A stretch of DNA of 24,000 nucleotides from Lachnospiraceae bacterium (GCA_045596385.1 JAZOCC010000013.1:18818-42817), one strand, 5' to 3'. Counted from the stretch's first letter, positions 17,101 through 23,082 are shown. Notes: a model not told the origin generated them from the sequence alone. Program-made: numbers and translations.

Positions 17101-17514
17101 TGTCTCGTCAAAGGTTCTCTCCTCATATTCCTCAGAATAACAAAAATCAATCCAATCACAGAACTCAAACAAATCACGTAACGAAATAATTGCCTCATCA
17201 CGCTTGATATTGCTATTCGTATGTACTGCAACATTCCCCAAATGAATCGTATACTTAAGCATAGGAAACAAACGCGGCTCAATAATGTCGCGGAAGGATT
17301 TTTCATGAATCAAACTCGATATATTATCCTGATAAGGAAGCTGCAAATCTGCATCATACGAAAAAACAAATCTTACCGCCAACTCTAATGCTCTTCTTGC
17401 CAAAATTGCACAAGTTGCCGGAGAAATCGCAAGACTTTTCTCTGCTTCAACCGCCTGAGCAGCAAATCCTTTATATTCTTTTTTCGCTAACAGGTAATCA
17501 AAATTTGTTTCCAA
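14164..17514 (-). CDS. hsdR: Type I restriction enzyme R subunit (N-terminal DUF4145-like domain + coiled coil, PD-(D/E)xK nuclease, SF2 helicase, EcoEI-R-type C-terminal domain)
   Basis: The nuclease motif is GYVDYVLWG...VVEAKK. The helicase motifs are I QATGSGKT, II ICDEVHRS, III GMTATP and VI QMIGRGTR. The TTG start at 17514 is 7 nt after AAGGAGGG, and the N-terminus METNFDYL is typical for this HsdR class. Confidence 0.95.
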   Translation of the reverse strand: METNFDYLLAKKEYKGFAAQAVEAEKSLAISPATCAILARRALELAVRFVFSYDADLQLPYQDNISSLIHEKSFRDIIEPRLFPMLKYTIHLGNVAVHTNSNIKRDEAIISLRDLFEFCDWIDFCYSEEYEERTFDETLLVSGDEKRVKAEELKKLYDSLSSKDVKLEQILKENEELRKQMAEERKVHTQTREFHVDTMSEAETRARYIDVELQEAGWVIGRNCTIEEPVTGMPNPTGTGYVDYVLWGKDNLPLAVVEAKKASVDAIVGSQQAKLYADCLQNKYGRRPLIFTTNGFEFYYTNDACGYPRRQVSGFFTQEELQLEVDRREQRIPLDRIEISDIITNRPYQKEAITAVCDAIAKKHRKMLIVQATGSGKTRVSISIVDVLRRHNYVKNILFLADRTALVKQAKNSYTSLLEDLSCCNLCDSKDDPESSRMIFSTYPTMMNAIDEKKNKYGERLFSPGHFDLIICDEVHRSIYRKYQEIFEYFDAMLLGMTATPKNEIDKNTYGVFDLERGVPTFAYELEKAVEEGYLVNYSTLEYKTKIMEDGIHYDELSEEEKEEFEETFADDDMVDEDISSSAINTWLFNQDTIDKVLKELMEKGLKIEGGDKLGKTIIFAKNSLHAKEIVKRFNVLFPECGGDFIKQIDYSIKYCDTLIDDFSTKEKMPQIAVSVDMLDTGIDIPEILNLVFFKKVRSYAKFWQMIGRGTRLCPDLLGAGIDKERFLIFDFCNNFEYFRVNTNGSETGIQETLCEKIYNTKTLICRELQAPVYAKDKPYITYRMELVSGQHKAVVELDNNSFMVKRHLRYVEKFRELSNWNSLETVEVSEIKEHVSPLIKPKKEDELARRFDYLMYSIKLGLLQSKNVQTPINIVIFTAERLSAKYSIPQVEKQREIIERVQLPEFWEDVTIMELDTVRIALRDLLQYLDKLVRPIYYKNFTDTIIDMKEGAPIYDSSDLKDYRKKVEFYLKEHGSSLCVYKLRNNKKLTAADLKALEKILWQDLGTKSDYEKEYGDTPIGRLVRRIVGVDRAAVNEAFSEFLAEQRLNVNQIRFVNLIVDYIVANGNIDDNKVLMEEPFRSVGSITTLFKDDMGTAKRIMEVVAEIKRNSEEIA

Positions 17515-18592
17515 ATCTGTTCCCTCCTTCTTTATATATCCTCTGGCTTATGATAAGTAAAAATTTCAATTTGTCGACTTGTTCAACGAAGTTTGCAAAC
17601 TGCTCTTGTTGTTCAACTGGTGGCACAGGAATCCTAATATTCTCAACGATAGACTTAGATATTTCCTTGAATGTTGCACCACGTCCAAGAGCATTCAAGT
17701 ATTCTGTATTTAAGAGAAGAAGCGTGTATAAATATCGCGGAACAATCTCCTCATTGCAGATAATGTTCTTGAACCCCTGATTACAATAAAAAGTTGAACC
17801 TGCAATTGCAACCTTGCCAATAGGGGCTCTTGAAGACAAAATCACAGTATTAGCAGGCATTTCCTGCAAAGAGCAACTATCTACACCCGCTTTTGTCAAC
17901 TTGCGAACAGAATCATAAATATAACCGCTATCCGCATCAAGTTCAGCAGGAGTTATCCATTTGTATTCACCATCCCAATATTCCTCGATATTAGTTTTCG
18001 GTGTGGCGCCGCTCACAACCTTACCTATTTCAAAAATAGATTTCCAATCACTCTGAGAATAAGATAAATCAAATTCCCCAAACATCTCCACAAATCGGGA
18101 TTTGATGAGATTGTCCAGTTCTTCCAACTCTATCTTGCGCTTCTTCTTTATCTCAACGACCTTATTCAATTTATCAACTATACTTATTTGTTCCTCTAAT
18201 GTTCTTTTCGGTATCATCATCTTGCGCATAGCCGCTTGTGTCAACTTCTGTCTAGTTGCTCCATTAACCATTCCATCCACATTATAAAACATCAGAGAAT
18301 AACATAAATAATCTACATCTATTCCTTCTTTGGGTTTTAATACATGCGCGTGATTATTTACCCAGCACTTTCCTGAAACACGATAGGCAATAGGTCTTTC
18401 CTTGGAACCAAAGTTTCCACCATCCTCTGCCAATAAAACCAACTCATCATCAAATAAATAATCTGCCACATGGTCCTGAATTCCATTGGCACCATAATAT
18501 GGATATGGTCCCTCTTCTCTGTCCGATGCAGTAATCGGAACTCTCATGGAATCTAATATCTCACAGCAATCTTCTATGTATATTTTATCCAT
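17498..18592 (-). CDS. hsdS: Type I R-M specificity subunit, copy A (TRD_X - central conserved region - TRD_Y; aberrant C-terminal tail)
   Basis: It has two target-recognition domains separated by ELDNLIKSRFVEMFG. The distal conserved region stops after QFANFVEQVDKLKF and is replaced by LLIISQRIYKEGGNRFGNKF. It overlaps the hsdR start by 17 nt. The start is ATG 18592. Confidence 0.9.
   Translation of the reverse strand: MDKIYIEDCCEILDSMRVPITASDREEGPYPYYGANGIQDHVADYLFDDELVLLAEDGGNFGSKERPIAYRVSGKCWVNNHAHVLKPKEGIDVDYLCYSLMFYNVDGMVNGATRQKLTQAAMRKMMIPKRTLEEQISIVDKLNKVVEIKKKRKIELEELDNLIKSRFVEMFGEFDLSYSQSDWKSIFEIGKVVSGATPKTNIEEYWDGEYKWITPAELDADSGYIYDSVRKLTKAGVDSCSLQEMPANTVILSSRAPIGKVAIAGSTFYCNQGFKNIICNEEIVPRYLYTLLLLNTEYLNALGRGATFKEISKSIVENIRIPVPPVEQQEQFANFVEQVDKLKFLLIISQRIYKEGGNRFGNKF
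17564..17583. repeat. Distal-conserved-region repeat D, copy A (20 nt, identical to 19745..19764, direct)
   Basis: TTTCAATTTGTCGACTTGTT encodes (E)QVDKLK on the minus strand. Homology to copy B ends abruptly on the 3' (low-coordinate) side. Confidence 0.9.
18078..18106. repeat. Central-conserved-region repeat C, copy A (29 nt, identical to 20234..20262, direct)
   Basis: CCAAACATCTCCACAAATCGGGATTTGAT encodes IKSRFVEMFG on the minus strand. It contains the internal palindrome CAAATC-GG-GATTTG. Confidence 0.9.
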
Positions 18593-18597
18593 TTTAT

Positions 18598-18620
18598 ATC
18601 ATCTCCACAAATCTGAATTT
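18598..18620. repeat. hsdS 5'-junction repeat J, copy A (23 nt, identical to 20794..20816, direct)
   Basis: ATCATCTCCACAAATCTGAATTT supplies the SD (GGAG) of hsdS_A and begins 4 nt after the recombinase stop. Confidence 0.9.
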
Positions 18621-18624
18621 GCGG

Positions 18625-19596
18625 TTATCCGATGAATTTCCTATGAGAGTTCTTTACATTGCTCTGATTAACCATAGCATAATGCATGGTCGTATCAATT
18701 TGTTGATGTCCCAATAGGCGTTGTACTTGCTCTATCGGCATTCCTTTGTCTATTGCTTTTGTTGCCATGGAACGCCTGAATTTATGTGGATGTACTTTCT
18801 CAATATTGAGTCGACGTCCAAGATTTCTTAACCGTATCTCAACTCCACTTATCTTTAATCGTTCACTGGGCTTGTCCAGTGTCACAAATAAAGCTTCATT
18901 TCTATCTGTTCTGCTCTTCAAATATTCTTGCAGATGAATTTTAGCCCTTGCATCAAAGTATACTCGTCGTTCCTTATTTCCCTTACCATACACAACGCAT
19001 TCCCGTTCCTCAAAATTAATATCAGCCTTATTTAGATTCACCAATTCACCAACTCGAATTCCAGCAGAATACAACAAATCAATGATTGCCAAATCCCTTA
19101 TGTTTTTACAGTTATCGCGCATAACTTCAATGTTTTCGTCAGAAAAAGTTTCCTTCACACGGGTACCGGTTCTTACCTTATGAATTCGCCGTATTGGACT
19201 TTTCAATATATGATCTTCATCTTCCAACCAAGAAAAGAAACTGGACAAATTCCGTCGAATATTGTCAATCGTTACCCGCCCGCAATTATTCTTTACCTGA
19301 TACTGCGTTAAGTACTCTCGTAAGTCCTCTGTCGTGATTTGCCTTACCGGTGTCTTTATATCCAAAAACATATTCTGAATCGTGCTCCGATAGTACTCTA
19401 TGGTACGTTCAGAACACCCCTCAATCCGCTTGGCAGCAACAAACATATCAAGATACTCTTTATTATCAATCTCCCTTGTAATTTCCGGGTCCGTCCTCTG
19501 CAAATATTTTAGCAAACATTCCTGTAACCTTCTCATTTGCTGGACATCAAGACACTCCGACATATCGTTCAATATTCTACAAATCGCATTCTCCAT
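18625..19596 (-). CDS. Tyrosine site-specific recombinase (XerC/D-like, shufflon-type integrase)
   Basis: The N-terminal SAM-like domain is followed by a catalytic domain with AGIRVGEL (Arg), GKGNKERRV (Lys), HPHKFRRSMAT (HxxR) and LLGHQQIDTTMHY (His, Tyr nucleophile). Confidence 0.9.
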   Translation of the reverse strand: MENAICRILNDMSECLDVQQMRRLQECLLKYLQRTDPEITREIDNKEYLDMFVAAKRIEGCSERTIEYYRSTIQNMFLDIKTPVRQITTEDLREYLTQYQVKNNCGRVTIDNIRRNLSSFFSWLEDEDHILKSPIRRIHKVRTGTRVKETFSDENIEVMRDNCKNIRDLAIIDLLYSAGIRVGELVNLNKADINFEERECVVYGKGNKERRVYFDARAKIHLQEYLKSRTDRNEALFVTLDKPSERLKISGVEIRLRNLGRRLNIEKVHPHKFRRSMATKAIDKGMPIEQVQRLLGHQQIDTTMHYAMVNQSNVKNSHRKFIG

Positions 19597-19633
19597 TTTG
19601 GTATACTCCTTTTTTCACCCAGTATACCAAAAT
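19595..19633. promoter_or_regulatory. 13-bp perfect inverted repeat spanning the recombinase start codon, SD and predicted -10
   Basis: ATTTTGGTATACT (19595..19607) and AGTATACCAAAAT (19621..19633) are exact reverse complements, separated by a 13-nt spacer that contains most of the SD (AAGGAG on the coding strand). Confidence 0.7.
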
Positions 19634-19648
19634 CAAATATTTCTGCAA
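19621..19648 (-). promoter_or_regulatory. Candidate internal extended -10 promoter for the recombinase gene
   Basis: On the minus strand: TTGCAG (19648..19643), a 16-nt spacer ending in TGG, then TATACT (19626..19621). It lies in the 66-nt gap between the hsdS_B stop and the recombinase ATG. Confidence 0.45.
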
Positions 19649-19662
19649 GAACATCCTTTTAC

Positions 19663-20790
19663 TTATCCGAAGTACTTCTGCATAAGCGAATCCATTAGTT
19701 GCTGCGTTTCATCCAACGATTTCTGTACTTCAACTTTCAATTTGTCGACTTGTTTCGCAAATTGTTCAAACCCCCCTTGAAGCTCTATTGGTGGATATGG
19801 AAATGGATATGCTTTTAATGCAGGCATTTCAATACCGCTTTGTCCCGCTGTTCGCTGTGATAAACCATCCAAATAATTAAATAAACAATCTTGCTTCAAG
19901 AAATATCGTATAAACTCTTTATTTCCCATCTTTGGTGTTGCCTTCATAAGTGCAACATTATAAGCACCTTCAATGCCTTTAAGAATCTGGAAAATTGGGG
20001 GGCCATATCTTCCAATCATAATATCATCTGCATCACAAAATCTTTTTGCCATGGATTTTGGAATATATGTAACATAGTTATCTGTTTTATAATCTCTAAT
20101 CTGAATCAGACGAACATTATCTTCCGTTAGCTTATATTCAAAATATTTCTTATCAGGTTGAGCTCCACCAGTAAATTCTATGACATCATCAACCGTCAAC
20201 ATTGGAAACCCTTTTTCATTCGCATTAGGAGTTCCAAACATCTCCACAAATCGGGATTTGATAAGTTGGTCCAATTCAAACAATTCTTTCCGCCGTAATA
20301 CAAGTATTTCGCTACCCTTCTGCAGCTGATATGCAATTTTCTTTTGCACATCCATTTTAGGCACTTCTATCTCTATATTTTCAACAATTGACTTAGAAAT
20401 CTCCTTAAATGTAGCCCCTCTCCCTAAAGAATTTAAATAATCCTTCTTACACTTTAGAAACCAATAGAGATACTCATTATATATTTCCTCTGTACAAATC
20501 AAATTCTTGAATCCTTGGTTACAATACATCTCACAACCAGCAATTGCTACTTTCCCTATAGGCGCTCTTGATGATAAAATCACCGTTCCTTTCGGAAATG
20601 AATTTAAGCCTGTTTTCTCAACTGCAAGTTCAGTAATCTTTCTCGCAGAGTCTTCTAAAATATATGAATCTTCGGTTAATTCAGCTGGTGTAATCCATTT
20701 GACATCACCATCCCAAAATTCTTCCACATTAGTCTTGGGCGTACTTCCTGAAACAACATTACATATATCACCTAACCGTCTTTTTGCCAT
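19663..20790 (-). CDS. hsdS: Type I R-M specificity subunit, copy B (TRD_Y' - central conserved region - TRD_Z; intact C-terminal helix)
   Basis: It has two TRDs separated by ELDQLIKSRFVEMFG, and the distal conserved region is complete (FEQFAKQVDKLKVEVQKSLDETQQLMDSLMQKYFG). ATG 20790 lies 24 nt after the hsdM stop. Confidence 0.9.
   Translation of the reverse strand: MAKRRLGDICNVVSGSTPKTNVEEFWDGDVKWITPAELTEDSYILEDSARKITELAVEKTGLNSFPKGTVILSSRAPIGKVAIAGCEMYCNQGFKNLICTEEIYNEYLYWFLKCKKDYLNSLGRGATFKEISKSIVENIEIEVPKMDVQKKIAYQLQKGSEILVLRRKELFELDQLIKSRFVEMFGTPNANEKGFPMLTVDDVIEFTGGAQPDKKYFEYKLTEDNVRLIQIRDYKTDNYVTYIPKSMAKRFCDADDIMIGRYGPPIFQILKGIEGAYNVALMKATPKMGNKEFIRYFLKQDCLFNYLDGLSQRTAGQSGIEMPALKAYPFPYPPIELQGGFEQFAKQVDKLKVEVQKSLDETQQLMDSLMQKYFG
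19745..19764. repeat. Distal-conserved-region repeat D, copy B
   Basis: TTTCAATTTGTCGACTTGTT is identical to 17564..17583 and in the same orientation. Confidence 0.9.
20234..20262. repeat. Central-conserved-region repeat C, copy B
   Basis: Identical 29-mer in the same orientation as 18078..18106. Confidence 0.9.
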
Positions 20791-20793
20791 TTC

Positions 20794-20816
20794 ATCATCT
20801 CCACAAATCTGAATTT
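20794..20816. repeat. hsdS 5'-junction repeat J, copy B
   Basis: Identical 23-mer that supplies the SD of hsdS_B and overlaps the hsdM stop codon. Confidence 0.9.
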
Positions 20817-22278
20817 ATTTAAGTCCAAGCAAACTCTTAAGCTCCGAAAACTCCTTTTGAATCTCTGCCTCAATCTGCTCTATTTTACCGATAATTACTT
20901 CTGTAGACTCGTACTCAACCTGTTCATATACCACTTCTTTATACTTATTAATGGACAGGTCATAATCATTGGCAATAATCTCATCCACTGGCACAAAGAA
21001 GCTTTGCTCTGTTCTTGCTCTATCTGTCTCGGTTTCCAAGTTATTAAAACGCTTGATAATGTCCGGAATATCGCAGTCAGAAATCTCCTGTCGCTTATCG
21101 TCCAAACTATATCCATCAGCCTTCATATCATAAAACCATACCTTGTCCGTTCCGCCGGAACCGGTCTTCGTAAAGATTAAGATTGCCGTAGATACACCTG
21201 CATACGGCTTAAACACACCACTCGGCATAGATATTACTGCATCCAACTTATTGTTATTTATAATCTCTGTTCGAATCTGCTTATGTGCATTGCTACTACC
21301 AAACAACACTCCATCCGGAACAATTACAGCCGCTCTTCCACCCTTTTTCAAAATACGCAAAAACAGTGCCAAGAAAAGCAACTCTGTCTTTTTCGTCTTG
21401 GTTACTTTCAACAAATCGGCTGATACTGCTTCATAGTCCAAGCTCCCTTTAAACGGCGGATTAGCCAATACAAGAGTATACTTCTCCGAATCCGTATTCT
21501 GCTCAGACAGACTGTCTCTATAGGAAATATTCGGATTATCAACACCGTGTAACATCATATTCATGGCACCGATACGAAGCATCGTTCTATCCATATCATT
21601 TCCGTAAAACATTTCGTTATTGAAATGCTCTCTCAATTTAGCATTTAAGAACATGTCCGCATGATTATCCCTTAAATACTGTTGCGCCTCAATTAGGAAA
21701 CCTGCACTTCCCATTGCCGGGTCAATAATAATGTCATCCGGCTTCGGTTTTACCAAATCCACCATCATTCTAATGATATGACGTGGTGTTCTAAACTGAC
21801 CATTTGTACCTGCTGTAGCAACTTTCGAAAGCAAATACTCATACAAATCCCCCTTAGAGTCTGCATCCCCCAATTCTAGCTTGTCAATACCGTCAACAAT
21901 CTTAGTCAACATTGCTGCAGTCGGAATCTTAAAGATTGCATCTCCCATGTATCTGGCATATGCAGAATCTCCATCCTGATGCAAATTCTTTATAAACGGA
22001 AACACTTCATTTGCCACAAGCTTATACATCTCATCAGCAGAACCCAGATTCTTAAACTTGCTCCACTTATACTTCTGATAATCCCCTGCAAACATCGACT
22101 CAAACGGCACCCCGAGGAAATTAGCCTCATTCTCTTTTACGGTATCCATATCGTCCAACTGCTTTATAAACAGCAAATATGTAAACTGCTCAATAACATC
22201 CAGAGGATTGGTTATTCCTCCGGTCCAAAAGGTTTCCCATATCTTGTCTATCTTATTACGTAATTCGCCTGTAATCAT
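20815..22278 (-). CDS. hsdM: Type I R-M N6-adenine DNA methyltransferase subunit
   Basis: It has an HsdM N-terminal domain, AdoMet motif I IIDPAMGSAGFL and catalytic motif IV LANPPFKGS. Length is 487 aa and the start is ATG 22278. Confidence 0.95.
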   Translation of the reverse strand: MITGELRNKIDKIWETFWTGGITNPLDVIEQFTYLLFIKQLDDMDTVKENEANFLGVPFESMFAGDYQKYKWSKFKNLGSADEMYKLVANEVFPFIKNLHQDGDSAYARYMGDAIFKIPTAAMLTKIVDGIDKLELGDADSKGDLYEYLLSKVATAGTNGQFRTPRHIIRMMVDLVKPKPDDIIIDPAMGSAGFLIEAQQYLRDNHADMFLNAKLREHFNNEMFYGNDMDRTMLRIGAMNMMLHGVDNPNISYRDSLSEQNTDSEKYTLVLANPPFKGSLDYEAVSADLLKVTKTKKTELLFLALFLRILKKGGRAAVIVPDGVLFGSSNAHKQIRTEIINNNKLDAVISMPSGVFKPYAGVSTAILIFTKTGSGGTDKVWFYDMKADGYSLDDKRQEISDCDIPDIIKRFNNLETETDRARTEQSFFVPVDEIIANDYDLSINKYKEVVYEQVEYESTEVIIGKIEQIEAEIQKEFSELKSLLGLK

Positions 22279-22349
22279 GTTGTAGTTCCTTTCTTTGCAT
22301 TCATAGTGAGATTCATCAAAAGTTCCTCTTGTTTTTAATCTTCATTCAA

Positions 22350-23027
22350 CTACTCGGTTTGTAATGTACCATACCGGACACAAATCTCATAATCAAATTT
22401 TACTTCCTTTCCTTTATCAAAACGAACAGTCACATATTTCCCCTCTCGTCTTATTATTGTACCGCAACCACGCTTCCTGTGTCTAACACGACCACCAATT
22501 TCATTCAATCTATCAGCGTTCTTACTATCCTTGCAAGTTCCAATCCTTGCCCTAATCCATGTCTTATCCAATTCTTTCATTACATAATATCTAAGATATT
22601 TATCCTCGAGATAATATTTTCCATCTTTTATAGAAACATAGATTGGCTTATCCATTTTCTTATGTTCCTCATAGTACGCTCGCAATTCCGCCACCTTTTG
22701 AGAACTCGGAGGTTGCTTCAAAAACTTTTCCGGAACCACAATTTCTTTAATCTTAATAGTACGCACACCGACAAATTCTTCTGCCTCTTCCTTTTTCAGT
22801 TCTTGAATAACAGCCTTTGTTCGTTCAATTGTAGACACACCTTCTCTTCTGTTCTCCGCCTCTTCTTCCCCATAAAATCCACAATGAGCCGAGCCTCCAC
22901 ATCTAGACATATAAGCACAGGAACCGTCTTTATGATAATGTACACACCATTTTCTATGTCTTCGTTCGTCTTTCTTATGTACATATGTAATACCGTTTGT
23001 CCCTTCAACAAATCCGTGTTCTCTCAT
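22350..23027 (-). CDS. Uncharacterised three-module protein: N-terminal Cys/His cluster, ParB/Srx-like middle region, C-terminal Tudor/DUF3553-like domain
   Basis: 225 aa, starting at ATG 23027 with SD GAGGAG. The N-terminus is CVHYHKDGSCAYMSRCGGSAHC. The middle, IKIKEIVVPEKF...PIYVSIKDGKYYLEDKYLRYYVMKEL...IRARI, resembles the ParB N-domain layout but lacks a clear GxxR arginine motif. The C-terminus, RVRHRKRGCGTIIRREGKYVTVRFDKGKEVKF, resembles the PcrA/UvrD C-terminal Tudor-type motif. All domain calls are by eye. Confidence 0.6.
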   Translation of the reverse strand: MREHGFVEGTNGITYVHKKDERRHRKWCVHYHKDGSCAYMSRCGGSAHCGFYGEEEAENRREGVSTIERTKAVIQELKKEEAEEFVGVRTIKIKEIVVPEKFLKQPPSSQKVAELRAYYEEHKKMDKPIYVSIKDGKYYLEDKYLRYYVMKELDKTWIRARIGTCKDSKNADRLNEIGGRVRHRKRGCGTIIRREGKYVTVRFDKGKEVKFDYEICVRYGTLQTE

Positions 23028-23082
23028 AATTTCTCCTCATTTTATAAAACCACATCACATCAAAAAGTCTACCTGCTATTCT

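Noticed and set aside
17498-20790. Classic invertible hsdS shufflon (inversion-based phase variation)
   Set aside because: Both hsdS ORFs and the recombinase are on the same strand. All exact repeats I found (J, C, D and the 14-mer) are direct, and I saw no reverse-complement copy in the window. The locus is reported as an atypical arrangement instead. My scan for inverted copies was by eye and needs a dot-plot.
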